Shown here piece by piece: positions 18,653-29,123 of a stretch of DNA of 64,000 nucleotides. The position numbers and the translations under genes were made by a program. Numbering within the stretch: the first letter of the stretch is position 1; every line of letters starts with the position of its first letter. The stretch comes from an uncultured Candidatus Saccharibacteria bacterium (GTDB lineage: Bacteria > Patescibacteriota > Minisyncoccia > Phycocordibacterales > UBA1006). The stretch lies in contig CAZDPR010000001.1 in the NCBI GenBank assembly GCA_964507625.1, positions 5,012-69,011 on the forward strand, given 5' to 3'. The notes under the pieces are model-generated. The model ran no database searches, was not told the DNA's origin, and saw only the letters and a list, made by a program, of their open reading frames with translations.

Positions 18653-20005
18653 TTAAGTTTGTAACATTGCACGAATTTGTTCTATATCATGAATGAGTGA
18701 AGAGTTTTCTTGAAGTTCTTTTGTAATTTTCTCATAAGAGTGCATTACTGTTGTATGATCTCGTCCACCCATTTTCTTTCCAATATGAGGAAAAGATATA
18801 TTAAAATCTTCTCGTAAAATATACATTGCTATTTGACGAGCTTCTACCACCTCTTTTCTTCTATTTTTTTCATACATTGCAGATTCTTCAATGTTATAAA
18901 AATGAGCAACAACTTTAATAATATCCTCAATAGAAATATTTTTCTTCGGTTTTATATTGTTTTTTATTAATAACTTAATTTCCTGAAGGTTTAATTCCCT
19001 TTTTCTGAGCTCCATTTGCATTATTAATGTATTAATAATCCCCTCTAATTCACGAATATTACCTTCTACATGAGAAGCAATATAATCAACTGTTTCTTCA
19101 GAAAGAGCTATTTTATATTGATTTATTTTAGATCGTAATATAGCTATACGAGATTCATATTCAGGGCGAGCTACATCAACAATCATACCTGCGGAAAACC
19201 TTGATTTTAAACGATCTTCGAGTCCTGCAATATAGTTTGGGTGTTTATCTGATGAAAAGATTAATTGTCGGTTTCTGTCATGTAAGGTGTTAAAAAGGTG
19301 GAATAATTCTTCCTGCACCCGTTCTTTTCCGCTTGAAAAGAACTGAATATCATCCATAATAATCACATCATAACTACGATATCGGTTTCTAAACTGATCA
19401 ATACGCTTATTTTGTAACGATTGAATATAATCATTTAAAAAGGTTTCAGAACTGACATAGAAAATATTTAATCCAGGGTATTTTTCTACCAAAGCATTTC
19501 CAAGAGCTTGAATAAGGTGAGTTTTTCCAATCCCCGTTGATCCGTAAATAAAAAATGGATTAAAAGTACCAAGACTTTTTAATACTGTCTGAGATGCTGA
19601 ATAAGCAACTTCATTAAATGGTCCAATAATAAATGTTTCAAATGTGTATTTTGGGTTTAAATTACTACTTTTTGGTAAAGAATGATCCAAAGGTAGTTGA
19701 GGAGCTTCTGGAGGCACAGGAGCCGTTTTTTGAGGCACAGGAGCCGTTTTTTGAGGCTTTTTAGCAATAATAAACTCAATAGATCGAATAGTATCTTTAT
19801 GGTTACGGATTGCTTTTAAAACATCTTTATAAAATTTAGTAGTAAGCCAATCCTTAACAAATTCATTAGGAACACCTACAAAGAAAACCCCCTCCTCTTC
19901 TTTTACTGCATGAGTATTTTTAAACCATGTGGTAAAATTTGCTTTTGAGACGTTCATTTCGATTTCCGCAAGAATCGTTTCCCAGAGTGTGTGTATATCG
20001 TACAT
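18653..20005 (-). CDS. dnaA: Chromosomal replication initiator DnaA
   Basis: LNPKYTFETF, YGSTGIGKTHL, DDIQF, RLKSRF, NIRELEG, GGRDHTTVMH. Confidence 0.98.
   Translation of the reverse strand: MYDIHTLWETILAEIEMNVSKANFTTWFKNTHAVKEEEGVFFVGVPNEFVKDWLTTKFYKDVLKAIRNHKDTIRSIEFIIAKKPQKTAPVPQKTAPVPPEAPQLPLDHSLPKSSNLNPKYTFETFIIGPFNEVAYSASQTVLKSLGTFNPFFIYGSTGIGKTHLIQALGNALVEKYPGLNIFYVSSETFLNDYIQSLQNKRIDQFRNRYRSYDVIIMDDIQFFSSGKERVQEELFHLFNTLHDRNRQLIFSSDKHPNYIAGLEDRLKSRFSAGMIVDVARPEYESRIAILRSKINQYKIALSEETVDYIASHVEGNIRELEGIINTLIMQMELRKRELNLQEIKLLIKNNIKPKKNISIEDIIKVVAHFYNIEESAMYEKNRRKEVVEARQIAMYILREDFNISFPHIGKKMGGRDHTTVMHSYEKITKELQENSSLIHDIEQIRAMLQT
19711..19757. repeat. 21-bp tandem duplication in the DnaA domain II linker (PQKTAPV x2)
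   Basis: GAGGCACAGGAGCCGTTTTTT twice, plus a partial third copy. Confidence 0.9.
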
Positions 20006-20182
20006 AGGCTTTAAAATAAATAACGAAACGAGCTAATAAAAAGATATCCACAGTATACACTGTTTTTATATTTTATTAAAATGTCCTTAAAAGAGGAAAA
20101 AACTGTGGAAAACTTGTTGAAACAGTGGATAACTAAACAAGGACTTGTCTTTTTTGTTTTTTTGTGTAATATAAGAAATATT
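20006..20182. promoter_or_regulatory. dnaA-rpmH divergent promoter region with DnaA boxes
   Basis: ATATCCACA (~20044), TGTGGAAAA (~20104), AGTGGATAA (~20125). Confidence 0.7.
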
Positions 20183-20317
20183 ATGTCAGTGACCTATCAA
20201 CCAAAAGTCGGAAAAAGAAAGCGAAAGCATGGTTTTTTAGTACGACAAGCAACTACTGCTGGACGAAATGTTATTCGTAACCGTCGCCGTAAAGGACGAG
20301 CTAAACTAAGTGTTTAA
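20183..20317 (+). CDS. rpmH: 50S ribosomal protein L34
   Basis: [44 protein letters not shown]. Confidence 0.97.
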   Translation: MSVTYQPKVGKRKRKHGFLVRQATTAGRNVIRNRRRKGRAKLSV

Positions 20318-20385
20318 ATAAAAAATCCTTATAAAATAAGGATTTTTTATTTTAATTTTTATTATAATCATGATATACTTATTAT

Positions 20386-20709
20386 ATGATCAGTAAAAAA
20401 AACAAGATTTCTAAAGACTTTTTTCCTCAAGTAATGAAAGGAAAAAGAAAGTTAGGTAAATTTGCTGATATTATTATATCCCCTTCCCTTTCTCATAAAG
20501 TCCATGCAGGGGTAGTAATAAGTAAAAAAAATGTAAAAACGGCAGTATTAAGAAATACTTTAAAAAGAATGTTTTATAATAAAATATCTGTACAAAAAGA
20601 TAGAATTCCTCAAAAAACATATGTGTTATATGTTAAAAAACTAATAACTAAAGATATGTTAGAAGAATTTAAAAAAGATCTCTATGAATTATGTATATTT
20701 TCTTCTTAA
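20386..20709 (+). CDS. rnpA: Ribonuclease P protein component
   Basis: [20 protein letters not shown] (RNR-like motif); follows rpmH. Confidence 0.9.
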   Translation: MISKKNKISKDFFPQVMKGKRKLGKFADIIISPSLSHKVHAGVVISKKNVKTAVLRNTLKRMFYNKISVQKDRIPQKTYVLYVKKLITKDMLEEFKKDLYELCIFSS

Positions 20710-20914
20710 AAAAATAATATTATTGAGTATTTCTTTATATCAACGTATTATTCGTCCAATATTACCTCATTCATGTCGGTTTCACCCTTCGTGTTCAGAA
20801 TATACTCGTCAGAGTATTGAAAAATATGGACCTATTAAAGGATCTTTACAAGGGGTAAAAAGAATTTTTCAATGTCATCCATGGAATCCCGGCGGATATG
20901 ATCCAGTAGAGTAA
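20684..20914 (+). CDS. yidD: Membrane protein insertion efficiency factor YidD
   Basis: [26 protein letters not shown]. Confidence 0.95.
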   Translation: MNYVYFLLKKIILLSISLYQRIIRPILPHSCRFHPSCSEYTRQSIEKYGPIKGSLQGVKRIFQCHPWNPGGYDPVE

Positions 20915-20942
20915 TTATTTTATTAGTATTTATTAAATTTAT

Positions 20943-21644
20943 ATGTTTCAAACATTTATTATTATCCCTTTAAGTAATGCTTTAGTGTTTCTCACAAGTT
21001 TATTTTTTAATAATTTAGGTATTGCAGTGATAGTACTAACACTTCTTGTTAAAATAATACTTTTTCCATTATCACTGTCGACCTTAAAAAGTCAGGCAGC
21101 CCTTAAAAAAATTCAACCACTTATTGATGATATTAAGAAAAAATATACTGATAAAAATGAACAAGCTATTAAAATAATGGAACTTTATAAGGAACACAAA
21201 GCAAATCCTCTTACTGGATGTTTACCACTATTAATCCAATTACCAATTATTATTGGGCTATATCAAGTATTTTTACGAGGAGATACCTCATTAAATCCTG
21301 ATATTATTTATTCTTTTATACAAGTCCCAGAATCAATATCGCATATGTTTTTAGGATTTGATTTACGAGAAAAAAGTGCATTACTAGCACTATTTGCTGG
21401 TGTTGCTCAATATTTTCAACTATATTATTCACCAATGCATGCTCAAAAAAATGAACAAAAAGAAAAAAGTACTGATCCACAAATGGTTATGATGGAAAAT
21501 ATGCAAAAGAATTTACGTTATATACTTCCTATTATGATTGTTATTTTTACTTTCTTTACCCCGTCGGCCATAGCATTATATTTAATTGTTTCAAGTATTT
21601 TCACATTAGTACAAGAAATTATTATTACTAAAAAAATATCATAA
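20943..21644 (+). CDS. yidC: Membrane protein insertase YidC/Oxa1
   Basis: LGIAVIVLTLLVKIILFPL, ELYKEHKANPLTGCLPLLIQLPII. Confidence 0.95.
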   Translation: MFQTFIIIPLSNALVFLTSLFFNNLGIAVIVLTLLVKIILFPLSLSTLKSQAALKKIQPLIDDIKKKYTDKNEQAIKIMELYKEHKANPLTGCLPLLIQLPIIIGLYQVFLRGDTSLNPDIIYSFIQVPESISHMFLGFDLREKSALLALFAGVAQYFQLYYSPMHAQKNEQKEKSTDPQMVMMENMQKNLRYILPIMIVIFTFFTPSAIALYLIVSSIFTLVQEIIITKKIS

Positions 21645-21676
21645 TAAAAACACTCGTACGAGTGTTTTTATTATGA

Positions 21677-23191
21677 TTAATCATTACCTCCCATACGATA
21701 TGACCAAAGTTCATATGTATTTTTATTCATAAAAAATAGGTATTCTGCAGTTTTATCAGATTCAATACGAATCACATCAACTGATTCAGGAAATACAGCT
21801 AAATTTTCTAATTCTCCAGTAGATAAGGTATATTTTTGCAAAGTATCTGAAAAACGACTAATTCCTTTATACCAAACATCAGGATACACACCCTGAGGTA
21901 TAGTATTAGGAACACCACAAATAAGTATATCATCGTTATACCAAGTACACTTTTCAGGGAGGGTTATAAATGGAACAAGAGTACTCTGAAGATTGTTTAG
22001 TGTAATAATTTTAGTTACTAATTGATTGTTTTCCCAAGCACTAATTAATGTTTTTGTTCCACTCGGGTTTGTATTGGTAGTAAGCCCATTTATAGGACCT
22101 AGTTTTTTCTGAAAACTATTTGTTTGTGGATTTAATTGATACATATACCCCTCTACAGTACCAGCTGCGTAGGTAGTAAGAGTAATAATTGAATCAGAAA
22201 CAAATTGTGGTAACCATTCAGAAAATGGTGAATTGAAAATAATTTCTCTTTTTTTGTTAGTAAAATCTTCTAAAATTCCTTGTATTTCTCCAGTTTCCTT
22301 ATTTTGAATAATTGAGAAGAAAATATTACTCGTAGGATTTTTTACTAACTGTTTATAATAACCAGAAAGAGGTAATCCAGTAATATTTTGTGAAGTATTT
22401 TTAATTTCATTATAATAATTTCTTAAATCTTCACATGTTTTATTAATAAATAAAAGAGTTTCATTATTAACAATACCATCAACAGGAAGATTATTATTTT
22501 TTTGATATATTTTTATATATTCACTTGTTTTATTACCAAAGGATCCATCGCTAATTATTGGTATAGTAATTCTATCATTTAAAAATTTTTGTATATTAGA
22601 AACATTATTATTTTTGTCACCAATTTTTGCTGGTGAAAAATCTTGTAAACAATAATCAGGAGTTGTTTCAGTTTTAGGGAAATTAATAATAAAACTTTCT
22701 ATAGAATTATTTTGTTCATACCGAAGAATACTAGTATTTGCATTATTATTAAAAATAAGCTCTTCCCCAGAAGGAAGGTCTGTATTTGTTATTTTTCTAT
22801 TTATTATATTATTAATATTAATAATACCTTCAAAAAAATGTCCATTTCTTTGGTCATTATAACGAATAAAGTGTTCACTATTTTTAATAAATGATTTATA
22901 ACCAGAAACTGGGAAATTGGTAATTTTTCTCAAACGATTTGTAGTATTATTATAATTAGGATCTCCAAGAAAAATAATATCAGAACTATCAAAAGGATTA
23001 TTATTTAACTCAGCAGGAATTATATCTTCAACTAACATTTCTCGATCACTAAAAGGAAATAAATTTGAATTAGTAATTGGATTTATTAAGGTTTCTTTAT
23101 TCCTATTAAAAATAATATACCCTACAATACCTAAAAAAATAATCAGAAAAATAAATGCAATAATAAAAAGTCGTTTACCTTTTTGGTCCAT
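21677..23191 (-). CDS. Membrane-anchored protein with an internal peptidoglycan-binding domain and beta-propeller-like region (T4SS-cluster associated)
   Basis: N-terminal TM; PG_binding_1-like IGDKNNNVSNIQKFL...DGSFGNKT...YQKNNNLPVDGIV; C-terminal TLPEKCTW...YPDVWYKG. Confidence 0.7.
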   Translation of the reverse strand: MDQKGKRLFIIAFIFLIIFLGIVGYIIFNRNKETLINPITNSNLFPFSDREMLVEDIIPAELNNNPFDSSDIIFLGDPNYNNTTNRLRKITNFPVSGYKSFIKNSEHFIRYNDQRNGHFFEGIININNIINRKITNTDLPSGEELIFNNNANTSILRYEQNNSIESFIINFPKTETTPDYCLQDFSPAKIGDKNNNVSNIQKFLNDRITIPIISDGSFGNKTSEYIKIYQKNNNLPVDGIVNNETLLFINKTCEDLRNYYNEIKNTSQNITGLPLSGYYKQLVKNPTSNIFFSIIQNKETGEIQGILEDFTNKKREIIFNSPFSEWLPQFVSDSIITLTTYAAGTVEGYMYQLNPQTNSFQKKLGPINGLTTNTNPSGTKTLISAWENNQLVTKIITLNNLQSTLVPFITLPEKCTWYNDDILICGVPNTIPQGVYPDVWYKGISRFSDTLQKYTLSTGELENLAVFPESVDVIRIESDKTAEYLFFMNKNTYELWSYRMGGND

Positions 23192-23248
23192 ATGCAAAAG
23201 TATACCATAAATATTAAAAATTAAATAAAAATACCTTATAAGGTATTT

Positions 23249-24409
23249 TTATTCTATATCTAATTGAGTAAAACCTTTATTTGTTGAATTTATATCACAT
23301 GACCATTGATTATTAATTATTTTTTTATAAGCAGCAACGACTTTTGGTCCATACGTTCTATTTTCAGGATTACTTGTATTTGAACATAACCACTTTACTC
23401 TATTATTACATTGAGAAGATTTTTCATTAGCACCCCTTCCTCCATTATATGCATGAGCTGCGTATCTAACAATACCCTTTCCTTGAGTGTTTCCTGGGTT
23501 ATTTAAAAAACCTTTTATTAAATTTGCTCCAATATTTGCATTAATTTGAGGGTCATCGAGATTAATTCCTTGTTTTTTTAAAGCAATATGAAGTTGATTT
23601 TGTTTATCTGCAGGCCATTTATAATTAATAGTTTCATTAAATTCTGACTGAATTTTCCTTCGCGTAGCATCAGGAAGTGTATCATAAGCAGTAGTTGGCA
23701 TAATCTGTATAATACCTCGAGCACCAACAGGACTTAAAATTAAACCCTGGTTATTTTTTGCTGTTCCCGCTGAAGACTCTACATACATAAAAGCCTTTAA
23801 AACTGAACAATCTAAACCTACATTATTTGATGCTGATTTTAACACTGAATCATATTCAGTGTTATTTTTGTTATATATGTTTGAAATATCAAGAGGTGTA
23901 GTACTTTGTCCACCACCAGAAACACTTTGATCAAGAGAGAGTTTTCCTACATCCAACTCAAACCCCACCCCACTAATTCTTGGATCCACTAACAATAAAT
24001 CAGGATTAATAGTACGTAAAAGAACAAAAGTACCTAAAAGTAGTAGTAAACCAAGCATAACACTGGTAACTCGTTTCTGTATTTCAGTAAACTTACCAAC
24101 ACTCTGTTCATTGGTTGCATATTGAAATCCATAGATAACTAACATAACCACTCCTAATACTCCTCCAATACCAATACCAATTTCAAATACAAAATTAATA
24201 AATCCTCCAATTCCTTGATATTGTTCTTCATTACCCCCTACTTGTATTCCTTCCACATCACCTAACGGTTCTAAAAGTGTATAGCAACCTTCAGAAAGTT
24301 CTGAGTTACAAGAGGTGAAGTTGGTGGTATTTTGTGCAAAAACTGAAAAAGAAAAAGACATGCCCAATAGAATAAAAAATATAAAAATTTTTCTTTTTTC
24401 TCGTTTCAT
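23249..24409 (-). CDS. CPR VirB2/TrbC-like pilin domain fused to a lytic transglycosylase (SLT) domain
   Basis: Signal peptide, YTLLEPL, GFQY...LLRTINPDLL pilin hairpin; YVESS, GARGIIQIMPTT, AYNGG SLT motifs. Confidence 0.8.
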   Translation of the reverse strand: MKREKRKIFIFFILLGMSFSFSVFAQNTTNFTSCNSELSEGCYTLLEPLGDVEGIQVGGNEEQYQGIGGFINFVFEIGIGIGGVLGVVMLVIYGFQYATNEQSVGKFTEIQKRVTSVMLGLLLLLGTFVLLRTINPDLLLVDPRISGVGFELDVGKLSLDQSVSGGGQSTTPLDISNIYNKNNTEYDSVLKSASNNVGLDCSVLKAFMYVESSAGTAKNNQGLILSPVGARGIIQIMPTTAYDTLPDATRRKIQSEFNETINYKWPADKQNQLHIALKKQGINLDDPQINANIGANLIKGFLNNPGNTQGKGIVRYAAHAYNGGRGANEKSSQCNNRVKWLCSNTSNPENRTYGPKVVAAYKKIINNQWSCDINSTNKGFTQLDIE

Positions 24410-24413
24410 ATAA

Positions 24414-25412
24414 TTATTCGTTTATTTTTTTAAAATAAGCAGTAAGAACACTAGATGTATTCTGAAGAAAAGTAATAGGATTTTCTATTGTTACAGAGAA
24501 ATTTGTTCTCCCTGTTTGGTTTGGGTGAGAAATAAGAATCTCATTTTTAGGAGCGTTTGAATCTAAGTAAAATATTTGACCACCAATTTTCCAATTAAAA
24601 ATTAAATCATTAAGAGTATTTAATGAAAAAAAGTAAGGTTCAGCAGTAATAATTGATGATTGTTGTGCAATATTTATACCGTTATTTACAGCAGTTAACC
24701 TTCTATATCCTCTATCATTTTTTACATACCAATTAACTTCTGGATTAACAGTAGGTATGTTAATACTTTTTTCTGAAACAATGCGATTATTTTGAGATGA
24801 AATTATTGCTTTTATAAACTCATTATTTCTTAGTTTGTTTTGTTCAATAATAATTGAACTCTTTTTATACCCACCTACATTAAGTATTCTATTTCCATTT
24901 CTTTCCCATAAATAAACTGCATTTTGATGAGATAAACCAGTAGTTTGTTGAAAATCAGGAATACCAGTTATGCGAATATATGACTCTCTTCCAGGCATTT
25001 TTTTACCTTTATAAAAAACTGGAACATAGGAATCTATAGCCTCCCAGAGAAGTGTACTATCTTGAGGACTGATAGTTAATTGTTTTTGAACTGAATTTAA
25101 CCCTAAATTAATAGTTACTAAAATATTAACAACAGAATTATATCCGCCAATAGTAACCTGTTGATCTCGTGCTCCAATTCCTGAATTTTTTGTTTCATTA
25201 TTAATAGTCCAATTGATTTGGTAACGATTTAAATCAACAGTATTACTTAAAAGACGGAGAGAAACAGTGGAAAAAGGTTCAGGAAATTTAGGGTTCATAA
25301 TAATTTCAATATCACTTGCATCAATATTCCCACCAAAAGACCCTATTTGAGCATACACAGGAAGTGAAATAAATATTCCTAAAAACAGTAAAAAATAACT
25401 AATTATTTTCAT
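24414..25412 (-). CDS. Secreted protein with Ig-like beta-sandwich repeats (T4SS-cluster associated)
   Basis: Signal peptide; LLWEAIDSYVPVFYKGK and AEPYFFS motifs. Confidence 0.6.
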   Translation of the reverse strand: MKIISYFLLFLGIFISLPVYAQIGSFGGNIDASDIEIIMNPKFPEPFSTVSLRLLSNTVDLNRYQINWTINNETKNSGIGARDQQVTIGGYNSVVNILVTINLGLNSVQKQLTISPQDSTLLWEAIDSYVPVFYKGKKMPGRESYIRITGIPDFQQTTGLSHQNAVYLWERNGNRILNVGGYKKSSIIIEQNKLRNNEFIKAIISSQNNRIVSEKSINIPTVNPEVNWYVKNDRGYRRLTAVNNGINIAQQSSIITAEPYFFSLNTLNDLIFNWKIGGQIFYLDSNAPKNEILISHPNQTGRTNFSVTIENPITFLQNTSSVLTAYFKKINE

Positions 25413-25475
25413 ACGGTAAGTATATCATTATTTATAGTAAAATTAAACTAAAAACAGTGAGGATACTCACTGTTT

Positions 25476-27287
25476 TTAGTTTAATTCATTTTTTACTTTT
25501 TTCATTTTTAAAATCTGATTAGGATCAGATGTTACAATTTGATCTTCGGTATAACTAGAAATAATTTTAATTGCAACATGTTTTAATCCTGCAAAAAATA
25601 TTCCTTCCCCTACCCCAGATTCTAACAAGGTGTATTTTTCTTCGTTAGTTAAATGGAAAACCTCCTGAAGTGTATCAATTGCAGTTGGAGATTGTTTTAA
25701 AAGTAACTGAATAGAAGAATTGGTAATAATAGGTATTCCGTATCGCGATCGCACAAAATCTCCTACATCCTGAGTAATAGTGGTAATACCCAAAAAATAT
25801 TTTCTTCCTCGTTTTGCAAGCATAAAAAGAAATGCTGCTGCTTCTTCATTTTGCATCATTACCCATGCTTCATCAACAACTAATAATCGTTTTTTAATAT
25901 TTTTTCGAACTGCATTCCAGATAAAATGAGTAATAATATACATTGCTGCAGTTTTAAGCTCATCTTCCATGTCTCGAATAGAGAAAACAATCATTTTCTT
26001 ATTAATATCAACATTAGTCGGACTATTAATAAATCCTGCCCAAGTTCCTCGGGTATATTTTCGGAGTCGTTCAATGAGTGATCCAGCCCCTTCCATTGAG
26101 GCAAGTACCATTTCAAAATCAGACATAAGCGGTGCTTCTGCTTTAGTAAAATCTGAATTAGCCGTAATATCTTTTAATGCATAGGTTTCAGTAATAGCGC
26201 GATCAATTATAGAATCTTCTTCTGGAGTAAGTCCTCCTAGTAAAATTCTAAATAATCCTACTAAATGAATAATGTTCGAGCGAAGAACATCGGAAGGTGC
26301 TTCATCTGGTCCAGGAACAGGTACATCAAATGGATTAATATGGTGCTCAGAAGAAAGAGAAATATTAAAATATCTTCCCCCTACTGACTCTGCAAGGTAT
26401 TCATACTCACTTTCTGGGTCGATAACAATAACTTCTGTTTCAAACATTAATGTTCGTAGTATTTCTAGTTTTGTTGCATATGATTTTCCTGCACCAGAAG
26501 TTGCGAAAATTACCGAATTATAGTTTGGCATCGAATATCGATCAAACAAAACAAGACCAGCATTTTGTCGATTTACTCCATATAAAATACCTTTATTATC
26601 AGTTAATTCAGAAGAGATAAAAGGAAAAAATGATGATAGTGGCCCAGTATTTAATTTTGTAGGAATATGAAGATTATCAATTCCTAATGGAATACCTGTA
26701 ATAAAACCTTGTTCTTGTTGAAAAAGTGCAGGTTTTAAATAAATCATTTGAGATTCTAACTGTGAACGAATTTCATTTTCTACCTTAAAAAGCTCTTTAT
26801 CACTATTTGCGTATATTGTAATATAAAGCCCTACCTCAAACATTTTTTCTTGTGCTTGCTGGAGACTATCCCTCAAGTTTTCAAGGTTTTGATAGGCAAT
26901 ATCAAGTTCGGGATCACGTACCATTCCTTGTTTTTCTCGTACATAAATTTGACTCTGTACTTCCGCAACTTTTTTCTGAAAATCTTTCATGATTTGTGCT
27001 GTATTAATCGGTGAAACATGCACAGAAACATCAAAAATTTTATCCATATTAACAATCGGAGCCAACCATCCTTCTGTTAAAAACTTTGGGTATGACATAG
27101 TAAAATAGGTTTTACAAATTTTGTCTCCAATTCTAATAAATCCAGAATTAATTTCTACCGCAGAAGGAGCAAGGATATCACGAAGCTCGAGTGCTGCGTT
27201 AGTATAAATATCAGTCGGAAGAACTGGGATAGCTTCGGGTTGATTATTCTGTTTTGTTTTGCTGAATAGGCTATCAAAAATTCCCAT
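25476..27287 (-). CDS. virB4: VirB4/TraC-like type IV secretion ATPase
   Basis: Walker A ATSGAGKS, IDPESEY, INPFD, Walker B VVDEAW, KRGRKY, ITQD. Confidence 0.92.
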   Translation of the reverse strand: MGIFDSLFSKTKQNNQPEAIPVLPTDIYTNAALELRDILAPSAVEINSGFIRIGDKICKTYFTMSYPKFLTEGWLAPIVNMDKIFDVSVHVSPINTAQIMKDFQKKVAEVQSQIYVREKQGMVRDPELDIAYQNLENLRDSLQQAQEKMFEVGLYITIYANSDKELFKVENEIRSQLESQMIYLKPALFQQEQGFITGIPLGIDNLHIPTKLNTGPLSSFFPFISSELTDNKGILYGVNRQNAGLVLFDRYSMPNYNSVIFATSGAGKSYATKLEILRTLMFETEVIVIDPESEYEYLAESVGGRYFNISLSSEHHINPFDVPVPGPDEAPSDVLRSNIIHLVGLFRILLGGLTPEEDSIIDRAITETYALKDITANSDFTKAEAPLMSDFEMVLASMEGAGSLIERLRKYTRGTWAGFINSPTNVDINKKMIVFSIRDMEDELKTAAMYIITHFIWNAVRKNIKKRLLVVDEAWVMMQNEEAAAFLFMLAKRGRKYFLGITTITQDVGDFVRSRYGIPIITNSSIQLLLKQSPTAIDTLQEVFHLTNEEKYTLLESGVGEGIFFAGLKHVAIKIISSYTEDQIVTSDPNQILKMKKVKNELN

Positions 27288-27289
27288 AA

Positions 27290-27952
27290 TTAATTATTTT
27301 CCAATGCTCCTACAGAACTGTGGAGCTCTCCTGGGTTAAAGTTAGATTGATAAAGTTCAATAAGCTCTGCGGTTTCGAGTTGCTTTGATTGAATTCCCAT
27401 ACTAGTAAGACCGCTTGTAACAACTGCAATACGTTGCTCAATTTGTGATCGAGATTCTTCAAACCGACGAACATCAATAGATTGTTCATAAAGTGTTTTT
27501 TTCTTTGATGCCCCAAACAAGTCTCCAATACCACCAAGTAATGATGTTTGTCTTGCATTATTGAGCGGTCCACCAGCAAAGGTGACTACAACATAAAAAT
27601 ACTTTGTCATTATGTTGTAAGATTCATTAAACCAACGAATAAATTCGATATATTCCCGGGTTTGAATACGGAGAAGTTCTTCAGGAATCTCTTCAAGCCG
27701 TTTCTCAAGCGATAAAATGTAAGGACGAATATCGAGTCTTCGAGAAGATGCTTGTATTTGAATTGGAAATTCAAGTGAATTAAGAAAATTTTGAAAACTC
27801 ATAATGGTTGCCTGTTGTTCATCCACTGATTTTAAACCAAGATTTACTGGGGTTGCCATAACCACAGCCCGCATTTCTCCGTTTTGGAGAACTACAATCC
27901 CATCTCGAATTTCTTTGATAGGGACAAATTTTTGTGAAGGAGTTTGTGCCAT
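27290..27952 (-). CDS. VirB4 N-terminal-like (TraC-like) accessory protein
   Basis: FVPIKEIRDGIVVL, NLGLKSVDEQQA, FQNFLNSLEFPIQI; lies between PrgI and VirB4. Confidence 0.75.
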   Translation of the reverse strand: MAQTPSQKFVPIKEIRDGIVVLQNGEMRAVVMATPVNLGLKSVDEQQATIMSFQNFLNSLEFPIQIQASSRRLDIRPYILSLEKRLEEIPEELLRIQTREYIEFIRWFNESYNIMTKYFYVVVTFAGGPLNNARQTSLLGGIGDLFGASKKKTLYEQSIDVRRFEESRSQIEQRIAVVTSGLTSMGIQSKQLETAELIELYQSNFNPGELHSSVGALENN

Positions 27953-27956
27953 ACAG

Positions 27957-28370
27957 TTAATTATATCTTGTTTTATCTAAAATATCCAAATTACGCGCAA
28001 TAGATTCAATTTTTCTATGATCAACAACATTTGGTTGTGGTTCTGGTGATGAAATAATAGCAGGTTTTTGATTAACAGGTTTTTGTTTTGATGTAACCTT
28101 CTCCCACACATAGAGTTTATCTTTAGATAAATATTGAATAAATGATTGAACAATACTTAAAAAAGGTTGATTATTAAACTTATAAAAAGAAAGCGCTAAT
28201 GAAATTGATGCAATAATAACCATTAAAGGAATTGCAAAAATGATAGGAAGAATTTTATAAAGAACAAAAACAATTCCTCCGCCACCTGCAAGATAAATAA
28301 ACTGTTTAAAAGTAAGTGGTCCAAAAAGTTTATCTTCGATGTCAATAAATTGTGGTACTTCAAATCTCAT
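27957..28370 (-). CDS. PrgI family membrane protein
   Basis: MRFEVPQFIDIEDKLFGPLTFKQF followed by two TM helices. Confidence 0.88.
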   Translation of the reverse strand: MRFEVPQFIDIEDKLFGPLTFKQFIYLAGGGGIVFVLYKILPIIFAIPLMVIIASISLALSFYKFNNQPFLSIVQSFIQYLSKDKLYVWEKVTSKQKPVNQKPAIISSPEPQPNVVDHRKIESIARNLDILDKTRYN

Positions 28371-28426
28371 ATAGTTTTAGTATACCAGATAAAAAGAAAA
28401 GACAGTATGGAATACATACTGTCAGT

Positions 28427-29068
28427 CTATAAATTTTCGATCGTGGTGTCGACGATCTGTTTTTTTTTGATTAACATATCGCGTAATTTTTCAGTACTGA
28501 GAAGTGGTGTGGTTTCTGGGATTGGAGAAGTTGTTTTTTGTGGATTAAAAATAATAGGATTCCCAACAGGTTTTGTTTCCGGTATTATTGGCGAACTTCC
28601 AACGGTTCGAACCAACTTTGCTTCAGGTGTAATAATAGGTGTTTCTTCTGTAGTTAATTCAATACCATTTGATAATAACGAGTCTTTCGTATTTATTTCT
28701 GATACAGGATTAAAATTAATATTTGGTTCTGATTTTTTTTCACCACCATGTACAATATAATCATGAATAGGGGTAAACACTTTCTTGACTACTTCTCCTA
28801 AAAGAGATTCCACTTGAGCTGGAGAAAGTGCAAGTCGAACTGCAAGTTCGTTTGGATAATCATTAGGTGAAACCATGCCTACAAGTACTAAAATAGTTTC
28901 AATTTGAAAATCTTCAATTTCACTATCAATAATTCCATTACTTTTCCCAATTTCAGTTATTTGTTTAAGCCAATCAAAAGAAAGGAGTGCCCTTCGGTTA
29001 ATTTCAGGAAGTTTCTGCAATTCTTCCTCAAATACTTGTTTCATTTTTTCATTTTTAAATGTGAGCAT
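28427..29068 (-). CDS. Hypothetical protein (CPR T4SS-cluster associated)
   Basis: ORF with helical N-terminal domain (ELQKLPE...ETILVLVG) and Pro/Thr-rich tail. Confidence 0.65.
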   Translation of the reverse strand: MLTFKNEKMKQVFEEELQKLPEINRRALLSFDWLKQITEIGKSNGIIDSEIEDFQIETILVLVGMVSPNDYPNELAVRLALSPAQVESLLGEVVKKVFTPIHDYIVHGGEKKSEPNINFNPVSEINTKDSLLSNGIELTTEETPIITPEAKLVRTVGSSPIIPETKPVGNPIIFNPQKTTSPIPETTPLLSTEKLRDMLIKKKQIVDTTIENL

Positions 29069-29123
29069 AGATGCTATAAGTATCACATGTATAAAATAAA
29101 AATCAAGGATTTCTCCTTGATTT